A stretch of DNA of 64,000 bases from the human T2T-CHM13v2.0 reference genome, Homo sapiens, in the NCBI RefSeq assembly GCF_009914755.1, contig NC_060935.1; one strand, 5' to 3'. Of the stretch, positions 1-13,539 are shown in pieces. The notes beneath the pieces are model-generated. The model saw only the letters and a list, made by a program, of their open reading frames with translations, made no database searches and was not told where the DNA came from. Both the position numbers and the translations under genes were made by a program. Every line of letters starts with the position of its first letter. Within the stretch, counting starts at the first letter, position 1.

Positions 1-432
1 TTTTTCAGGGTTTCCAACAGACAGTTTCATCTGTTAGTGCCCTCTGCTGGACTTTCTCCAAGTTCTTTTCAACCTCCTGAATCCCAGAGTGGACGCAGAC
101 TGGATGTCTTCTCCCACTAAGGCCTTGACTAATCTGGAGTGGAGGGAGGTGTGCTTTTTGACCTTGTAGCATGCTGCACTCCTTTATAAACACCTTGGCC
201 TGGAGGTTGCTCTTTTCATGGTCTCCGAAGACTGGTAGGTTTATTTAGGGAGCAGCGTGAGTTGCCTGGGGTCCAGGTGGCCTATATCATTGAAAAAGGC
301 TCATATAAGAGAAGAATTGAAAGGGTGTGTGTGAGAGGGTGAGGCAGTGTCTGAATCTCTGGAAATTCTGCTCAACAATATTATTTCATGGGATTGAGTG
401 GAGGAGTGGTTGGCAGCAATTCATCCATTTAA

Positions 433-728
<296 letters not shown>

Positions 729-1466
729 CATTTAACTTCTTTAAGACTGTTGAAAAACAAGCTCAAATAATGGGAGGAAATAGGGCCAGGCCTCTGCCGA
801 GGGTACTGGAGGAGGAAAGATCCTGTATATACCCTATGCCTGTTGCCACCATGGATTTATCTAGAGTCCCTCCAGCTCGATGTTCACCTCTCTGATGTGT
901 TCCCTGGAGCTTTCCAACAGAGGTGTCCACCAGCTACACCTTGTTCATTTTTCTGCTGTTGTTGCATCACAGTCCACGGTGAATATTTGTATGTCTTAGA
1001 CTGGGAGCTCTTTGCTGGAGAGACCTTGTCCTGATCATCTTTACAGTACTGTCTCCTAGCACAGTGCTGGGTACATGAGAATGGTAAACGGAATTGAACT
1101 AGAATGCCTTTTCTTCTCATTTCTGCATGTCTTGAGTCTATCCAGTTTTAAGTGGCAGCACAAAAATCTTGTTGTTAAGACAGAATTGTCTTACTGGTCC
1201 CAGAAGGACATGACATTTCTGCATTCTGTGTTCCCATAGCACTTAATACATAGTATTGAGAGTTATCATTTTTCTGCTTTTAAATATAGTTATTTATATT
1301 GAATCTTACTTTCCTGATTCTAAGCACTTTGAGAGCAGGATCCTTGTTTGATTCACGTCTTTCTTTTCCTATAACCCATAAAATGATGCCTTGCATATAG
1401 GATAATGGCACCTGGCATTTACATAGCAGTTAAAATGTGGCAGATGCTCTTTTTCATACTTCACAT

Positions 1467-1663
1467 TTCTTTCTCTTTCTTTCTTTCCTCCTTCTTTCTT
1501 TCTTTTTCTCTTTCTTTCCCTCTCCCTTGCCTCCCCTCCCCCCTCCCCCCTCCTCTCCCCCTCCCATCCTCTCCCCTTCTCCCCCTTCCTTCCCTTCCCC
1601 CTCCCCTCTCCCTCCCCTCCCTTTCATTCTCCCTTCCCTCCCCTCTCCTCCCCTCCCCTCCCC
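1467..1663. repeat. Polypyrimidine (CT/CCT-rich) low-complexity tract
   Basis: About 200 nt almost purine-free. Confidence 0.95.
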
Positions 1664-1910
1664 TAGCACAGTGCTGGGTACTTGAGAGTGGTAAATGGAA
1701 AATGGAAATGAAAATGGAAACGGTAAGTGGTAAATGGAATTGTCACTGGACTAGCTGTCTTGAGCGAATGGCAAACAGTTGCTTATACAATTCCCTTCTT
1801 TGCAGTGTTAAGGCATCTTTCAGTCATCGGTGCCAAGGCAAAGTCATTCCAAATCCTAGTTTAGAGTTTCTTTTTCAGGGTTTCCAAAAGACAGTTTTAT
1901 CTGTTAGTGG

Positions 1911-2121
1911 CCTCCCTTTCCCCTCCCTCCCGTCTCCCTTCCTTTCCCTCTCTCTCCCCTCCCCTCCCTTCCCTCCCTTCCCCTTTCCCTTCTCTCTCCC
2001 TTCCTTCTCCTTCTCCCTTCCTTTCCCTTCCTTCTCCCTTCCTTTCCTTTCCCTTTCTCTTCCCTTCCCTTTCCTTTTCCCTTTCCCTTTTCCTTCCCTT
2101 TTCTTCTCTTTTTTTTTTTTC
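1911..2121. repeat. Polypyrimidine (CCTT-like) tract continuous with an Alu tail
   Basis: About 210 nt almost purine-free. Confidence 0.95.
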
Positions 2122-2637
2122 AGATGGAGTCTCACTCTGTCGCCCAGGCTGGAGTGTAGTGGCGCGATCTCGCTCACTGCAACCTCCGCCTCCCTGGTTC
2201 AAGTGATTCTCCTGACCTCAGTCTCCCAAGTAGCTGGGATTACAGGCGCTTGCCACCAAGACTGGCTAATTTTTTTTATTTGTTATTTTTTATTTTTTTT
2301 AGTAGAGATGAGGTTTCACCATGTTGGCCAGTCTCATCTCAAACTCCTGATCTCAGGTGATCCACCCGCCTCGCCTCCCAAAGTTCTGGGATTACAGGCG
2401 TGAACCACCACACCCAGCCTCTTCTCTTTTTCTTTCTTTGTCCTTCCTTCCTCCCACCACAGTCTTCCGAGTAGCTGGGACTCCAGGTGTACACCATCAT
2501 GCCTGGCTAATTTTTTTTTTATAGAGATGGGGTCTCACCAGGTTGCCCAGGCTGATCAGGAACTCCTGGGTTTGAGCGATCCTCCGGTCTCAGCCTCCCA
2601 AAGTGCTGGGATTACAGGCATGAGCCAACCCGCCTGG
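2107..2637 (-). mobile_element. AluS (2107-2419) followed by a partial AluJ-like element (about 2459-2637)
   Basis: Alu consensus motifs. Confidence 0.9.
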
Positions 2638-2910
2638 TTCCATACTGTAGACTCTTAACCATTGTCTTGATGATGCTTCGTGTACACATAGCGTGATGTG
2701 AATACTTGTTGGATGCATGTAGTTTGATATTTATTTGAAACCAATACACAGTTTGAACATGACCCATTGCTGCCTTCTCTGCCATCTGAACTGTTTTCTA
2801 AGCCATGGGAAGGCAGGCCAGAGAGGGGCGCCAGAAAGGAGGCAGTTCCTGGTTCCGGTTCCTGAGGCTCCTTATTGGTTTTCCTTGTAGTTCTGGTTTG
2901 GAAGTCTACA

Positions 2911-2924
2911 GTGCCATCTAGTGG
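2911..2924 (-). promoter_or_regulatory. CTCF core motif
   Basis: Minus strand CCACTAGATGGCAC is a full match to CCASYAGRKGGCRS, with a TGCAA upstream-module-like sequence about 6 nt 5'. Confidence 0.65.
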
Positions 2925-3954
2925 GTAAACTTGCAAATATCAGCTTAGAATTATTTTTCTGAAATCCTGGTAGATGGCCTTGAGTTCTGGGAGCCCCCTT
3001 TATTAGTTTAAAATTTTGATTGCCGGGGGAGGATAGGGGGACTAGGAAGAACCAGCCCATCCTGGCTCAGCGGGGTCAAGTTTGACCTCTGCTTTGAAGA
3101 GGCTGCAATGCTGATTGTGGTTGGCTTGGTTGAGCCCTGTTGACTGTTGTAAATGGTGTGTTCTCCCACAGTGTAGACCCTGCTTCTGGAGCTGTGTGGG
3201 CTTTGGAATTTGAGTTACAGTCATCTGTGTGCTGCCTACTGTGGAGTAACACTTGTCCCAGGTTGTATATAAGGGGATGCTTGATTCATATAACAGGCCA
3301 GTTCCAAGTAAGACATCTCATGAGTTAACGACATTATAGTGAAATTTGGTTATGTGGAGTTGGTAATAGGCAAATCCATCCGAGCTGGCAAAGTGAAAAT
3401 GATGAGCAGCCACTGCATAGTGAACGAGCTGTAAAAACGTGCTGCATGGAAGGGAAAGAGAAAGGGATTCCGTACACAGTGAGTTCTGCCGAGCAGCCGG
3501 AGGCTTTGTGTATGGCGCTGTTCCGGTTTCTGGTGTGTGTGGTAACGTGTATGGTTTCTTGTGTCTGTGTTTGAAAATTGGATGTTAATTGCCTTTCAGG
3601 TCATTTACTTCTTGCTGGAAGAACGGAACATAAGAGCATGTGGTAACTGTGACCACAGAACTCATGTGCTTTGGCTGAGAGTGTACAGACACTGGAGCAA
3701 GCACTTGCTCGGCAAGATTGTCCAGTGTGCATTCTACTGGGCATCTAGGCTAAGGAATATACTCTATAGAGACCAATGCATCTTAGTGCAGCAGGCGATC
3801 CACCAGAACAAGGAGAAAATGTTGGTTATGTGGTAGCCTTGGTTATAGTGACATTTATGGTAATAGGGATTTATTATTAATAGAACCTATGTGAAGCAGG
3901 GGTTGGCCAACTTCCTGGTAATAAGGATTTATTATTAATAGAACCTATGTAAAA

Positions 3955-4317
3955 CAGGGGTTGGCCAACTTTCTCTGTAAAGGGCCAGATGGTGAGCATT
4001 GTGGGCTTTGTGGGCCTATGGTGCCCACAACTCTGTCTTAGTTACTCAACTCTGCCTTAACCACTCAGCTCTGACATGGTAGCAGGAAAATAGCCAAAGA
4101 TAATATGTAAATGTAGGCTTAGCTGTGTTCCAGTAAAACTTCATTTGTGGACACTAAATTTAAATTTCACATCATTTTCACCTGTCATGAAATATTCTTT
4201 TTTGGATTTTTTTTCTTCCAACCACTAAAAAGTACAAAAACCACCCTTAGCTCACGGGGCTGAGCAAAAACACGTGGCTCTAGATTGAGCCTAGAGTTTC
4301 TAGTTTGTGGACTCCTG
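3955..4317 (+). mobile_element. MER58B-like hAT-Charlie DNA transposon
   Basis: caggggttggccaactttctctgtaaagggccagat ... actcctg termini and internal consensus. Confidence 0.8.
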
Positions 4318-5143
4318 ATCAGATGGCTGGAGTATTTAATAATAATTAATAAAAATGATTTGTTCATCAGCTATGCCAGCAGTTAGTGTCATGAAGTGTC
4401 TGATAAGCTTTTCTTTCTCTGGAGTAAGAGGAAAGGCCATTCTTTCCCGTATTATTATAAGATATGACCTCCCAAAAGAACTCTGCCTGAACTAAAGCTG
4501 TGTAATTATCTCACTTACAGTGCCTTAAGGTGTGGAGAGTCCACCCTTTATTCCTTCTTCTATTTCTCATCCGCCTCAGCCTCCCCTGGAGGCAGAGTAG
4601 CAGACTAAGTGACCCCAGACCCCATCCAGCCTTTTGCCTTACTGGAGAAGCAGACTAGGTGACCCCTGGCCCCATCTAGTCTTCTGTCTTACCGGAATCT
4701 CCCTCCTCCCACACATCTCACACCCTCCCCACAACACCCCACCCAGTCCATGTCAGTGGCTTGAGAGTCTCCGGTGGGCTGAGGAGAATGGGATTATAAT
4801 CCCATCAGAGAGAGGAAGAGGAGTGGGTAGAGAGAATGCTGGAGGCATTTGCTCTTTGAGGTTTATATAGCCAGGGAAGAGTGTGGTAGCAGGGCGAGAT
4901 GGGCCTCTTCTGTTTTGGCTGGCAACAGACAGTCTGCAGGTGTGATGGCTGGGGATTTTACCAGCCTTGTGTCATTTCTCATATGGTCTAACTGTGCATT
5001 CTCTATGCTAGACTTACTTGGGGGAACTTGTATCTTTAAAATTTTGTAACCCCATGTCTTTGTCTAGTTGAAGTCTAAGTGACCTCCCCCAGGGTTGAGA
5101 AAGAAGCTGAAGTTAACGGTTGATATCCTATGTCTTTCCTCAG

Positions 5144-5221
5144 CAGCCAACAGAGCAGTCAGCAGAGCAGCCACGATGATGATTCTAGCAGGTTCCTGAG
5201 TCCTCGAGCGCGGGAAGAAAG
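5144..5221 (+). CDS. GRAMD1B: GRAMD1B internal coding exon of the long N-terminal isoform, 78 nt, phase 2-2
   Basis: Acceptor tgtctttcctcag|C, donor AAG|gtaagg; reads (S)SQQSSQQSSHDDDSSRFLSPRAREE(S); G-runs follow the donor. Confidence 0.93.
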
Positions 5222-5500
5222 GTAAGGTCCAACTCCGAGGGCGAGATGGGGGCAAAGAATAGAGGGGGTGGGGTGGAATGTTTGAGGAAGATTGTGCCTC
5301 TGCTCTGTGCAAAAAAATGTGGAAAACTGAAGAGGAATGGGAGCGCCTGAGACCTCTGTGCTTGACTGATTAGAAAGACAAAACTTTCACCCCATAAAGG
5401 AGAAGGAGCAACACAAAGGGGCTGGTTCCAGAGGCTTTTTGTGTTCAGCAAAAGAAGTCAACGTGTGGCAAACCAAATAGGTTGAAAAGACTTCATACTG

Positions 5501-5930
<430 letters not shown>

Positions 5931-6414
5931 TCAGGTGGCAGCAGCGTTAATGAAAAATGAGGTGGGATGTCTAGGATGCAATGAAAATATGGAGGCTCTT
6001 CAATGGTTGGTTGAGGATTGGAGATACAGCTAACTAAGCACTCAGTGTGAGGACCAGCCAGCACCTGCTTCATGCAGTGCCTGTGAATTGTAGACAGAGG
6101 TAAATTTGCTGTAGCAAGTTAAACTTCTTTGCCTACAGAAAGTTGATGGTATTGACGTTAACCAAAAGGAAGTCTCAGCTGGCCTACCGCAGGGGCTCTG
6201 CTTTTGGTCTAGCTCTGTTTATCGTTTTTATCAACAAGCTGGGTGAAAAAGCAGAAGGTACTTTTACCACATTTATCAACTTATGGTGGACCCTCTGCTG
6301 AGAGGGGGTAGAGAACACCAAGGATGATAGAATCAAGACTTAATATTATTTTGAGTAGAACAATGGGTGGAAATCAAGGAGATATTTTCTTTTTAATGGA
6401 AATGTGATTTTTTA

Positions 6415-6724
<310 letters not shown>

Positions 6725-7104
6725 TCACTGTGAAGTCTTGAAATGTCTATGAAATGTGATCTTGTATATTTATGTTAGAAAAGATTTATTTCGCAAGTGT
6801 AGAATTGCCGCAGGGAGCCTAATTTGATAGCATTTCATGTGAAAAAGAAAGAATATTTTTATTTGCCAGCCAAATATGAAACAATAATATGACACAACTA
6901 CCAAATGATCTTTGAAAGTTTTTAATTCATTCATGGGAGCATGGTGCATGGATTAAACAAAAGAAGAAGATGTCACTGTAATCTGTACTAGTATGACCAT
7001 ATTTCGTGTATTATTCCAGTTCTTTGAAAGTGGATGTGGATGCATTAGAGTCCATAAAAGAATGATTATATCATAACTATATCATTATAATAAGAGTTGG
7101 TTGC

Positions 7105-7378
7105 GGCCCTCTGAGGTGGCTCACATCTGTAATCCCAGCACTTTGGGAAGCCAAGGTAGGCAGATCACTTGAGGCCAGGAGTTCGAGACCAGCCTGGCCA
7201 ACATGGGGAAGCCCCGTCTCTACTAAAAATGCAAAAATTAGTCGAGTGTGATGGTGCACGCCTGTAGTCCTAGCTACTCCGGAGGCTGAGGCAGAATCAC
7301 TTGAACCCAGGAGGTGGAGGTTGCAGTGAGTCAAGATTGTGCCACTGCACTCCAGATTGGGTGGAAAAAAAAAAAAAG
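7105..7378 (+). mobile_element. AluS
   Basis: Alu consensus, TSD aagagttggttg. Confidence 0.95.
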
Positions 7379-7535
7379 AGTTGGTTGAAGGAAAGGGATT
7401 TAGCCTGGAAAAGAGATTTTTAGATATCTGAAAGCTGAAGAAATAGAACTGGAGGGTTAGAAGTCAGTGAGAAGGATTGCAGCTCAGGATAAGAAAGCAC
7501 TCTTCCATGATAGAGCTGTACTAGCTTGGATTTTC

Positions 7536-8074
7536 TATCTGAGAACTGAGAACGAAGTGACTAACGGGTGGGGCATGTATACAGCGTGGATATGCTGAAC
7601 AAAGGGATGATTCACGTTCCAGGTGGGACAGCAAGCGATTTCATCGTGCTTCTCAGGATGACACGTAATTTGAAACTGATGAACTGTTTATTTCCATTTA
7701 ATATTTTCTTTTCTTTTTCTTTTTTTTTTTTTTTTTGAGATAGGGTCTCTGTCACCCAGGCTGAAGTGCAGTGGCGTGATCTCAACTCACTCCAACCTCT
7801 GCCTCTAGGGTTCAAGTGATTTTCCCACCTTAGCCTCCTGAATATCCAGGACTATTGGCGCCTGCCACCATACCTGGCTAATTTTTGTATATTTTTGTAG
7901 AGACAAGTTCTTGCCACATTTCCCTGGCTGCTCTCAACTCCTGAGGTCAAGTGACCCGCCTGCTTCAGCCCTGCAAAGTGTTGGGATTACAGGCATTAGC
8001 CACCACTGCATTTAATATCTTCTGACCACACTTGACTGTGGGTAACAAACCGCAGATAAGGGGGGACTGCTGTA
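7536..8074 (-). mobile_element. MER44-like TcMar-Tigger element interrupted by a minus-strand Alu (about 7705-8008)
   Basis: Terminus gataaggggggactgctgta; Alu TSD catttaatat at 7695 and 8009. Confidence 0.75.
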
Positions 8075-10042
8075 ATCTCTCCCCTTCATAGGAGTGTTCA
8101 AGCAAAAGCTGGGTGGTGTGTCAAAAGGGATTTCGTTCTGGTTGAGAGAGTGGAACCTCTCTAGTCCTTATTTCTTTAGATTATGAAGTCTTGTGAGTTC
8201 TGCCCTGGTTCTCAGTTTTATGCCCCCTGTTAATCAAAACAGTTCAGCTTATCAATTTAGACCGACGTATATGGAGACATGGCACTTCCAAGGAGCAAAG
8301 ACTAATCATTCTTGTCAAGATGCTTAATCAGGTACGATCTGATCTGATGGCAGTTCTCTCAGTCCCTGGAGTACCCTCCACTCTCTGTGCAAAGCTTTCT
8401 AGATTGCAGCAATCATAATCTCAAAATTAGAAGAGGCCACAGAGGTCGCCCAGCACAGCCACCTTCCCTGTGCTGTGCACCAAACATCTCCAGAAGTATA
8501 CTGTCCGTTTCTGAGCGTGATGTCTTTGCCTGCTCTTCTTCTACCAGTTCTATGATTGACAGTTCCTCAACTCACTTTATATTATCTCTGCTGCTTGGGG
8601 CATTCCTGGAAGAGATGAGTAGTGCTGAGATGCATATACCCTAATACATTTTCCCCAAGGACATAGCTGCTTGCTAACTAGAGAGAACTCTGCCTTTTGT
8701 TTGGTATTTGGGACTTTACACTGATATAAATTCTATTCTAATTTCTCCTCTCTAACCACTCACTCCTCCAACCACAGGAAATGTTACAAAGGTTCTCCCA
8801 TCTAAACCTCTGCCCAGAAAAACTCTCTCGATTTCTTCCCGGGTCCTTTGTTCCCATCCTGGCCCACTCGCAGTCCCCTAAGCTCTTTATGGTGGATGGG
8901 GATGTTGTTTTGCATCAACTCGCTTTGGAGAGTATGAGGAACAGAGAGAATGTGGTCAGAAGTATGCTTCCTCTGGTGGTCCCTGTGACCGGCCCCCCCT
9001 CCAACCCCCAAAACCTCAGAAATTGGCTCTAGTATGTGTTCACTCACCATAGCCCTTCCGAAGAAAGTCTTTCTTCTCATCTTGGCTGCTGGGTTCCTTC
9101 TCCTGGAGAGAACAAGTTTCCGGAGCTCAAATTAGTCTCCCAGGCTCAGCTCAGAACTAACTTACGCTCTGCACCTAATTCTTCCTACCCAGTTAAGAGT
9201 CTCCAGGTGTTTAGGACGTTGATCTGTGATGTTCTGACCTGGGGTGAGATTGGAACCCTGGGGAGATGTGGGCAGTGGCGGGCATCTGGCCTGTGCTCCT
9301 CGTTCTGGCCCCCTCTGAGGGACAGTGCACCAAGCTGTGAATGGCGGCATTTCCTGCACTGGTGAGGCCTCCCTGCAGTCATCTTCTTTACTCTTCGTAA
9401 TGCCCCTGGGTGGCAGGTGGAGCTGGGTAGTATTGTCACTGACTGAAAACGGTCAAGGATGAGGTGGATATTATGGATTTTTTTTCTGTGGCTTCTTCTA
9501 ATTTTCCAAACCATATCATCAATTGTAACATGAAAGATTGTTTCATAGAGCAGGCAAAAAAATTAGCATTGATTTCTTCTATTTTAAAGATTCAAATTAA
9601 AATCTTTCAGTACCAGATGCACTTTCAGCTGGTTTAATAAAACATTTTCTTTTCTTGCTTTTGTGTAAGGTTCAGAACGGTTATAGTATTCAGAGACTAC
9701 GTAGCTACCTTACTCTACACAGCAGTGGGTGGAATACCTTAATACGGTGTTCAAACCTAAGGATTTCTGAGAAAGATTTTTTCCTTATTCACATTGACGC
9801 TCTGTCCTGAAGGAAAGACTTTGGAACCTTGACAGGAGTAGAGCGTAGGTTGAAGGACTGTGACATACATTTGCTGAGTGGGTGTGGCATCAGCAAGAAG
9901 GGTTGATTTTTATGAAAATGTGTTTATTAGGAAATGGAGATTGTCTCAGAGATAAGAATAATTCTTCCAGGTGTCCAGTAGAAAGCAAAATAGGTAACTT
10001 CCCCGAAGTGTGTGTGTATGGAATATAGGACATTAATTCATT

Positions 10043-10343
10043 CTTTTTTTTTTTTTTTTTTTGAGACAGAATCTTGCTCTGTTACCCAGGGTGGAATAGT
10101 GGCATGATCTTGGCTCACGGTAACCTCCACCTTCCAGGTTCAAGAGATTCTTCTGCCTCAGCCTCTCGAGTAGCTGGGACTACAGGTGTGTGCCACCATG
10201 CCTGGCTAACTTTTGTATTTTTTGGTAGAGATGGGGTTTCACCATGTTGGCCAGGCTGGTCTAGAACTCCTGACCTCAAGCAATCCACCTGCCTCTGTCT
10301 CCCAAAGTGTTGGGATTACAGGCGTGAGCCACTGCACCCAGCC
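10043..10343 (-). mobile_element. AluS
   Basis: Alu consensus. Confidence 0.95.
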
Positions 10344-10593
10344 TGATTGTGCATTTGTAAAGTCAATTTACTTAGTGTTACTCAACCCTCAACCTTAGTT
10401 TCCTCCTTTGTAAAAATTTGATGTCCATTGGATTTTCTTGTAAAGAATACATGAGAAAACATTCGTAAAGAGCCATTAAGTGGATGCTTAATAAATGGTA
10501 GCTGCTTGCACTCTGATTCTGGCTATCATAACATTTTACTCTCAGTTTCCTACCAGATCTTACACCCTTCTGTTCTTGACAAAGCAGAGACAA

Positions 10594-10910
10594 AGCCGGG
10601 CACCGTGGCTCACCCCTGCAATCCCAGCACTTGGGGAGGCCGACGTGGGTGGATTGCCTGAGCTCAGGAGTTTGAGACCAGCCTGAGAAACATGGCAAAA
10701 GCCCGTCTTTATCAAAACTACAAAAAATTAGCCGGGCATGGTGGCATGCGCCTGTGGTCCCAGCTACTTGGGAGGCTGAGGTACAAGATCCCTTGAGCAT
10801 GGGAGGCGAAGGTTGTAATGAGCCTAGACTGTGCTACTGCAGTCCAGCCTGGGTGACAGAGTGAGACCCTGTCTCAAAAAAGAAAAAAAAAAAAAAAGAA
10901 AAAGAAAAAG
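10594..10910 (+). mobile_element. AluJ-like
   Basis: Alu consensus, A-rich tail. Confidence 0.93.
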
Positions 10911-11115
10911 CAAAGGCAGAAAGAAAGTGTAGAATATTGAGCATCTGCAAATGTCACATATTTAGACTCCAGATAAATAGATTAAGTTGTGGTATTTCCC
11001 CTCAAGAAGCTGATTCTCTTATGGTGTGATATACTTACAAATAAACAAGTATAATATAATGTAATAAATGACTTAAGAAATTATGCGTAAGGTAATAAAA
11101 CTGAAGAATTTTACA

Positions 11116-11413
11116 AGCTGGGTGTGGTGGCTCATGCCTGTAATCCCAGCAATCGGGGAAGCCGATGGGGGTGGATCCCTTTGAGGCCCGGAGTCTGAGA
11201 CCAGCCGCCAACATGGCAAAACCCTGTCTCTACTAAAAATACAAAGATTAGCTGGGTGTGGTGGTGTGCGCCTGTAGTCCCAGCTACTCAGGAGGCTAAG
11301 GCTGGAGAATCACTTGAGTCCAGGAGGCAGAGAGTGCAGTGAGCTGAGATCGCACCACTGCACTCCACCCTGGATGACAGAGTGAGACTCTGTCTCAAAA
11401 GAAAATAAATAAA
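11116..11413 (+). mobile_element. Alu
   Basis: Alu consensus. Confidence 0.93.
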
Positions 11414-11921
11414 GAAGTTCACTAAGTGCTTACTCTGTGCTTAAACCTGTGTAATAAACCTTGCATACATTTTTAAATATATTCCTCTCAACAGCCTTAT
11501 CAGGTACATGCCATTATCTGCATATTAGAGTTTAGGAAAACCAAGGCTCGGGGAATTAAACTTGCCCCAGAGAAACACAGCTACTCTGGGGTGAGGGCAG
11601 GGGTGGGAGGGTTTCCAGAAAACTCTACAGAGGGGGCTGTGCTTCAGCTGAGAACTGCAAGAGGAGTAGGAGTCTGTCACATGGACAGCATTTGCAAGCC
11701 AGGGAACAAGATGTACATAAGCATGGAGGCGGGAGAAAGCAAGGCATGTTCGGGAACCACAAATACTTCAGTGTTGCTGCAGCGCCATATCCTAGGAGAG
11801 GGGTAGCTAGTGAGTGGCCAGGAAAGGCCTTTGGACAGGTAGGCAAGTGCCTGGTCATGCCACGTCCTGCTGTGATAAGGAGTGAGTATTCTTTATGGAT
11901 GACTGGAAACCAGTAAGTTAC

Positions 11922-12233
11922 GTTTTTTTGTTTGTTTGATTTTGTTTTTTTAGAGACAGTCTTGCTCTGTCACCCAGGCTGGAGTACAGTGATGCAATCT
12001 CGGCTCACTGCAACCTCCGCCTCCTGGGTTCAAGCAAGTGTCTTGTCTCAGCCTCCTGAGTAGCTGGGTTTAGCTGGGCGCCCGCCATCATGCCCAGCTA
12101 ATTTTTGTATTTTTAGTAGAGACAGGGTTTCACCATGTTGGCCAGGCTGGTCTCAACCTCCTGATTTCAGGGGATCTGCCTGCTTCGGCCTCCCCAAGTT
12201 CTGGGATTACAGACGTGAGCCACGGCACCCAGC
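11922..12233 (-). mobile_element. AluS
   Basis: Alu consensus. Confidence 0.93.
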
Positions 12234-12269
12234 TGCCACTGAGTTATGTTGAGAAACTGAGCACCCGAG

Positions 12270-12610
12270 TGTCTTAGTGCAGGCAGCTGTAACAGAATAC
12301 CATAGACTGGGTGTCTTGTACATCACAGAAAATTATTTCTTTCCATTTTGGAGCCCGGGAAGTCCAAGATCAAGATTTGGGCATTCAGGTGAGGTCCTGT
12401 TTTCTTCATAGACAGCTGTCTTCTTGCTTTGTCCTTACGTGGTAAAAAGGAGAACTCTGATCTCTTCAGCCCCCTTATAGGGGCACTAATTACATTCATG
12501 AGGGCTCCACTTTCATGATTTACGGCCCCACCTCTTAATACCATTGCACTGGAGGTTAGGATTTCAACATATACATTTGGGGGTGGGGCACCAACACTGA
12601 GTCTATAGCA
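12270..12610 (-). mobile_element. MLT1A-like MaLR solo LTR
   Basis: tgtcttagt...aacagaataccatagactgggt...gtctatagca termini. Confidence 0.8.
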
Positions 12611-12653
12611 CCAGGTAGCTCCCAAATATTCTTGTGAGAAAAATCACACCTGG

Positions 12654-13483
12654 GAGGTGTTCAGAGTTGAGTCCTAGCCCCTCCAGGGCTGTGGAGGATG
12701 GATACCTCCCCCCGGAGCTCTCCAGGCCGGGCATTTGGGCATGGTATAATGGAAAACCTGTGGCCTGGCATTAACTGGCTGCCTGGCCCTGCTGTCTGCT
12801 AGGCACCACGTAAGGGATTCCAAGATGAAGACATGGTCCCTGCTCTTGAGTAATTTTTCAGCCCAGTGACTTAATATGGCCATCAGGCATCAAGAACAAG
12901 GCCATGGGGGTGATGACGTGTCGGAACGGAGGTGTGAACCTGGGGAGCCGGATCTTCTCCCCTCGCCACCCCACGGCCCTGACTGAAAGCTTTGGCCCTC
13001 CTCCTCCCCCGTTGCCACCCCATGGCCCTGACTGAAAGCTTTGGCCCTCCTCCTCCACTGTCACACTCAGTGATGGGGAGCCCTACCCTAGAAGTGTATC
13101 TCATGAGAGCATCAGGGATGCAGTGAAAGAGCGATGCTCAAGGGAGACAGGAAGAGAGAGCAACATAAAGATGTGGCTCCATGTCCATGGTGCACCCTGG
13201 TCAACAGAGGAAGGGGCGTGGGACCCGATGGAAATTTGGAGCTCAGGGAAAATAGTTAGGGGGGGGCGGTCCTTACCTCTCTGCGTACCCCCTTAAGGTT
13301 GACCCCTTAGATGGCCCAGGAACGGCAGGTGCTAGAGGAATGGTATCCACCTGGGCATGGAAGTGGGGCAGATTCAGGGGCCACTGGACTAAGGGGAGAG
13401 AAGGGCTTGTCAGCACCCACCCAGGGAGCCTGTCCATTTATGTCCCCAGATAAAGGGTCCTAGAAGAGTTAAAAAAAAAATTG
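12654..13483 (+). pseudogene. Probable retrotransposed non-repeat insert (processed 3' UTR fragment or orphan transduction), source unidentified
   Basis: GATAAA at 13449, A10 at 13471-13480, candidate TSD aaatcaCAcctgg (12641-12653) / aaatcaTGcctgg (13484-13496); CpG-richer than flanks. Confidence 0.6.
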
Positions 13484-13539
13484 AAATCATGCCTGGCCTG
13501 TGGTTAATGTGTATGTGCCTATTAGTATTATTATCATTA

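Noticed and set aside
1405-2403. 332-aa ORF and overlapping ORFs on both strands
   Set aside because: Made of stop-poor polypyrimidine tracts plus antisense Alu; no domain or exon structure
9036-9367. ORF ending at donor CTG|gtgagg
   Set aside because: The phase-2 frame has no ATG; the nearby ATG at 9341 is phase 0
11692-11918. ORF ending in phase-2 donor CCA|gtaagt
   Set aside because: Lies in decayed L2-like sequence with no promoter features; shows that phase-2 matches arise by chance
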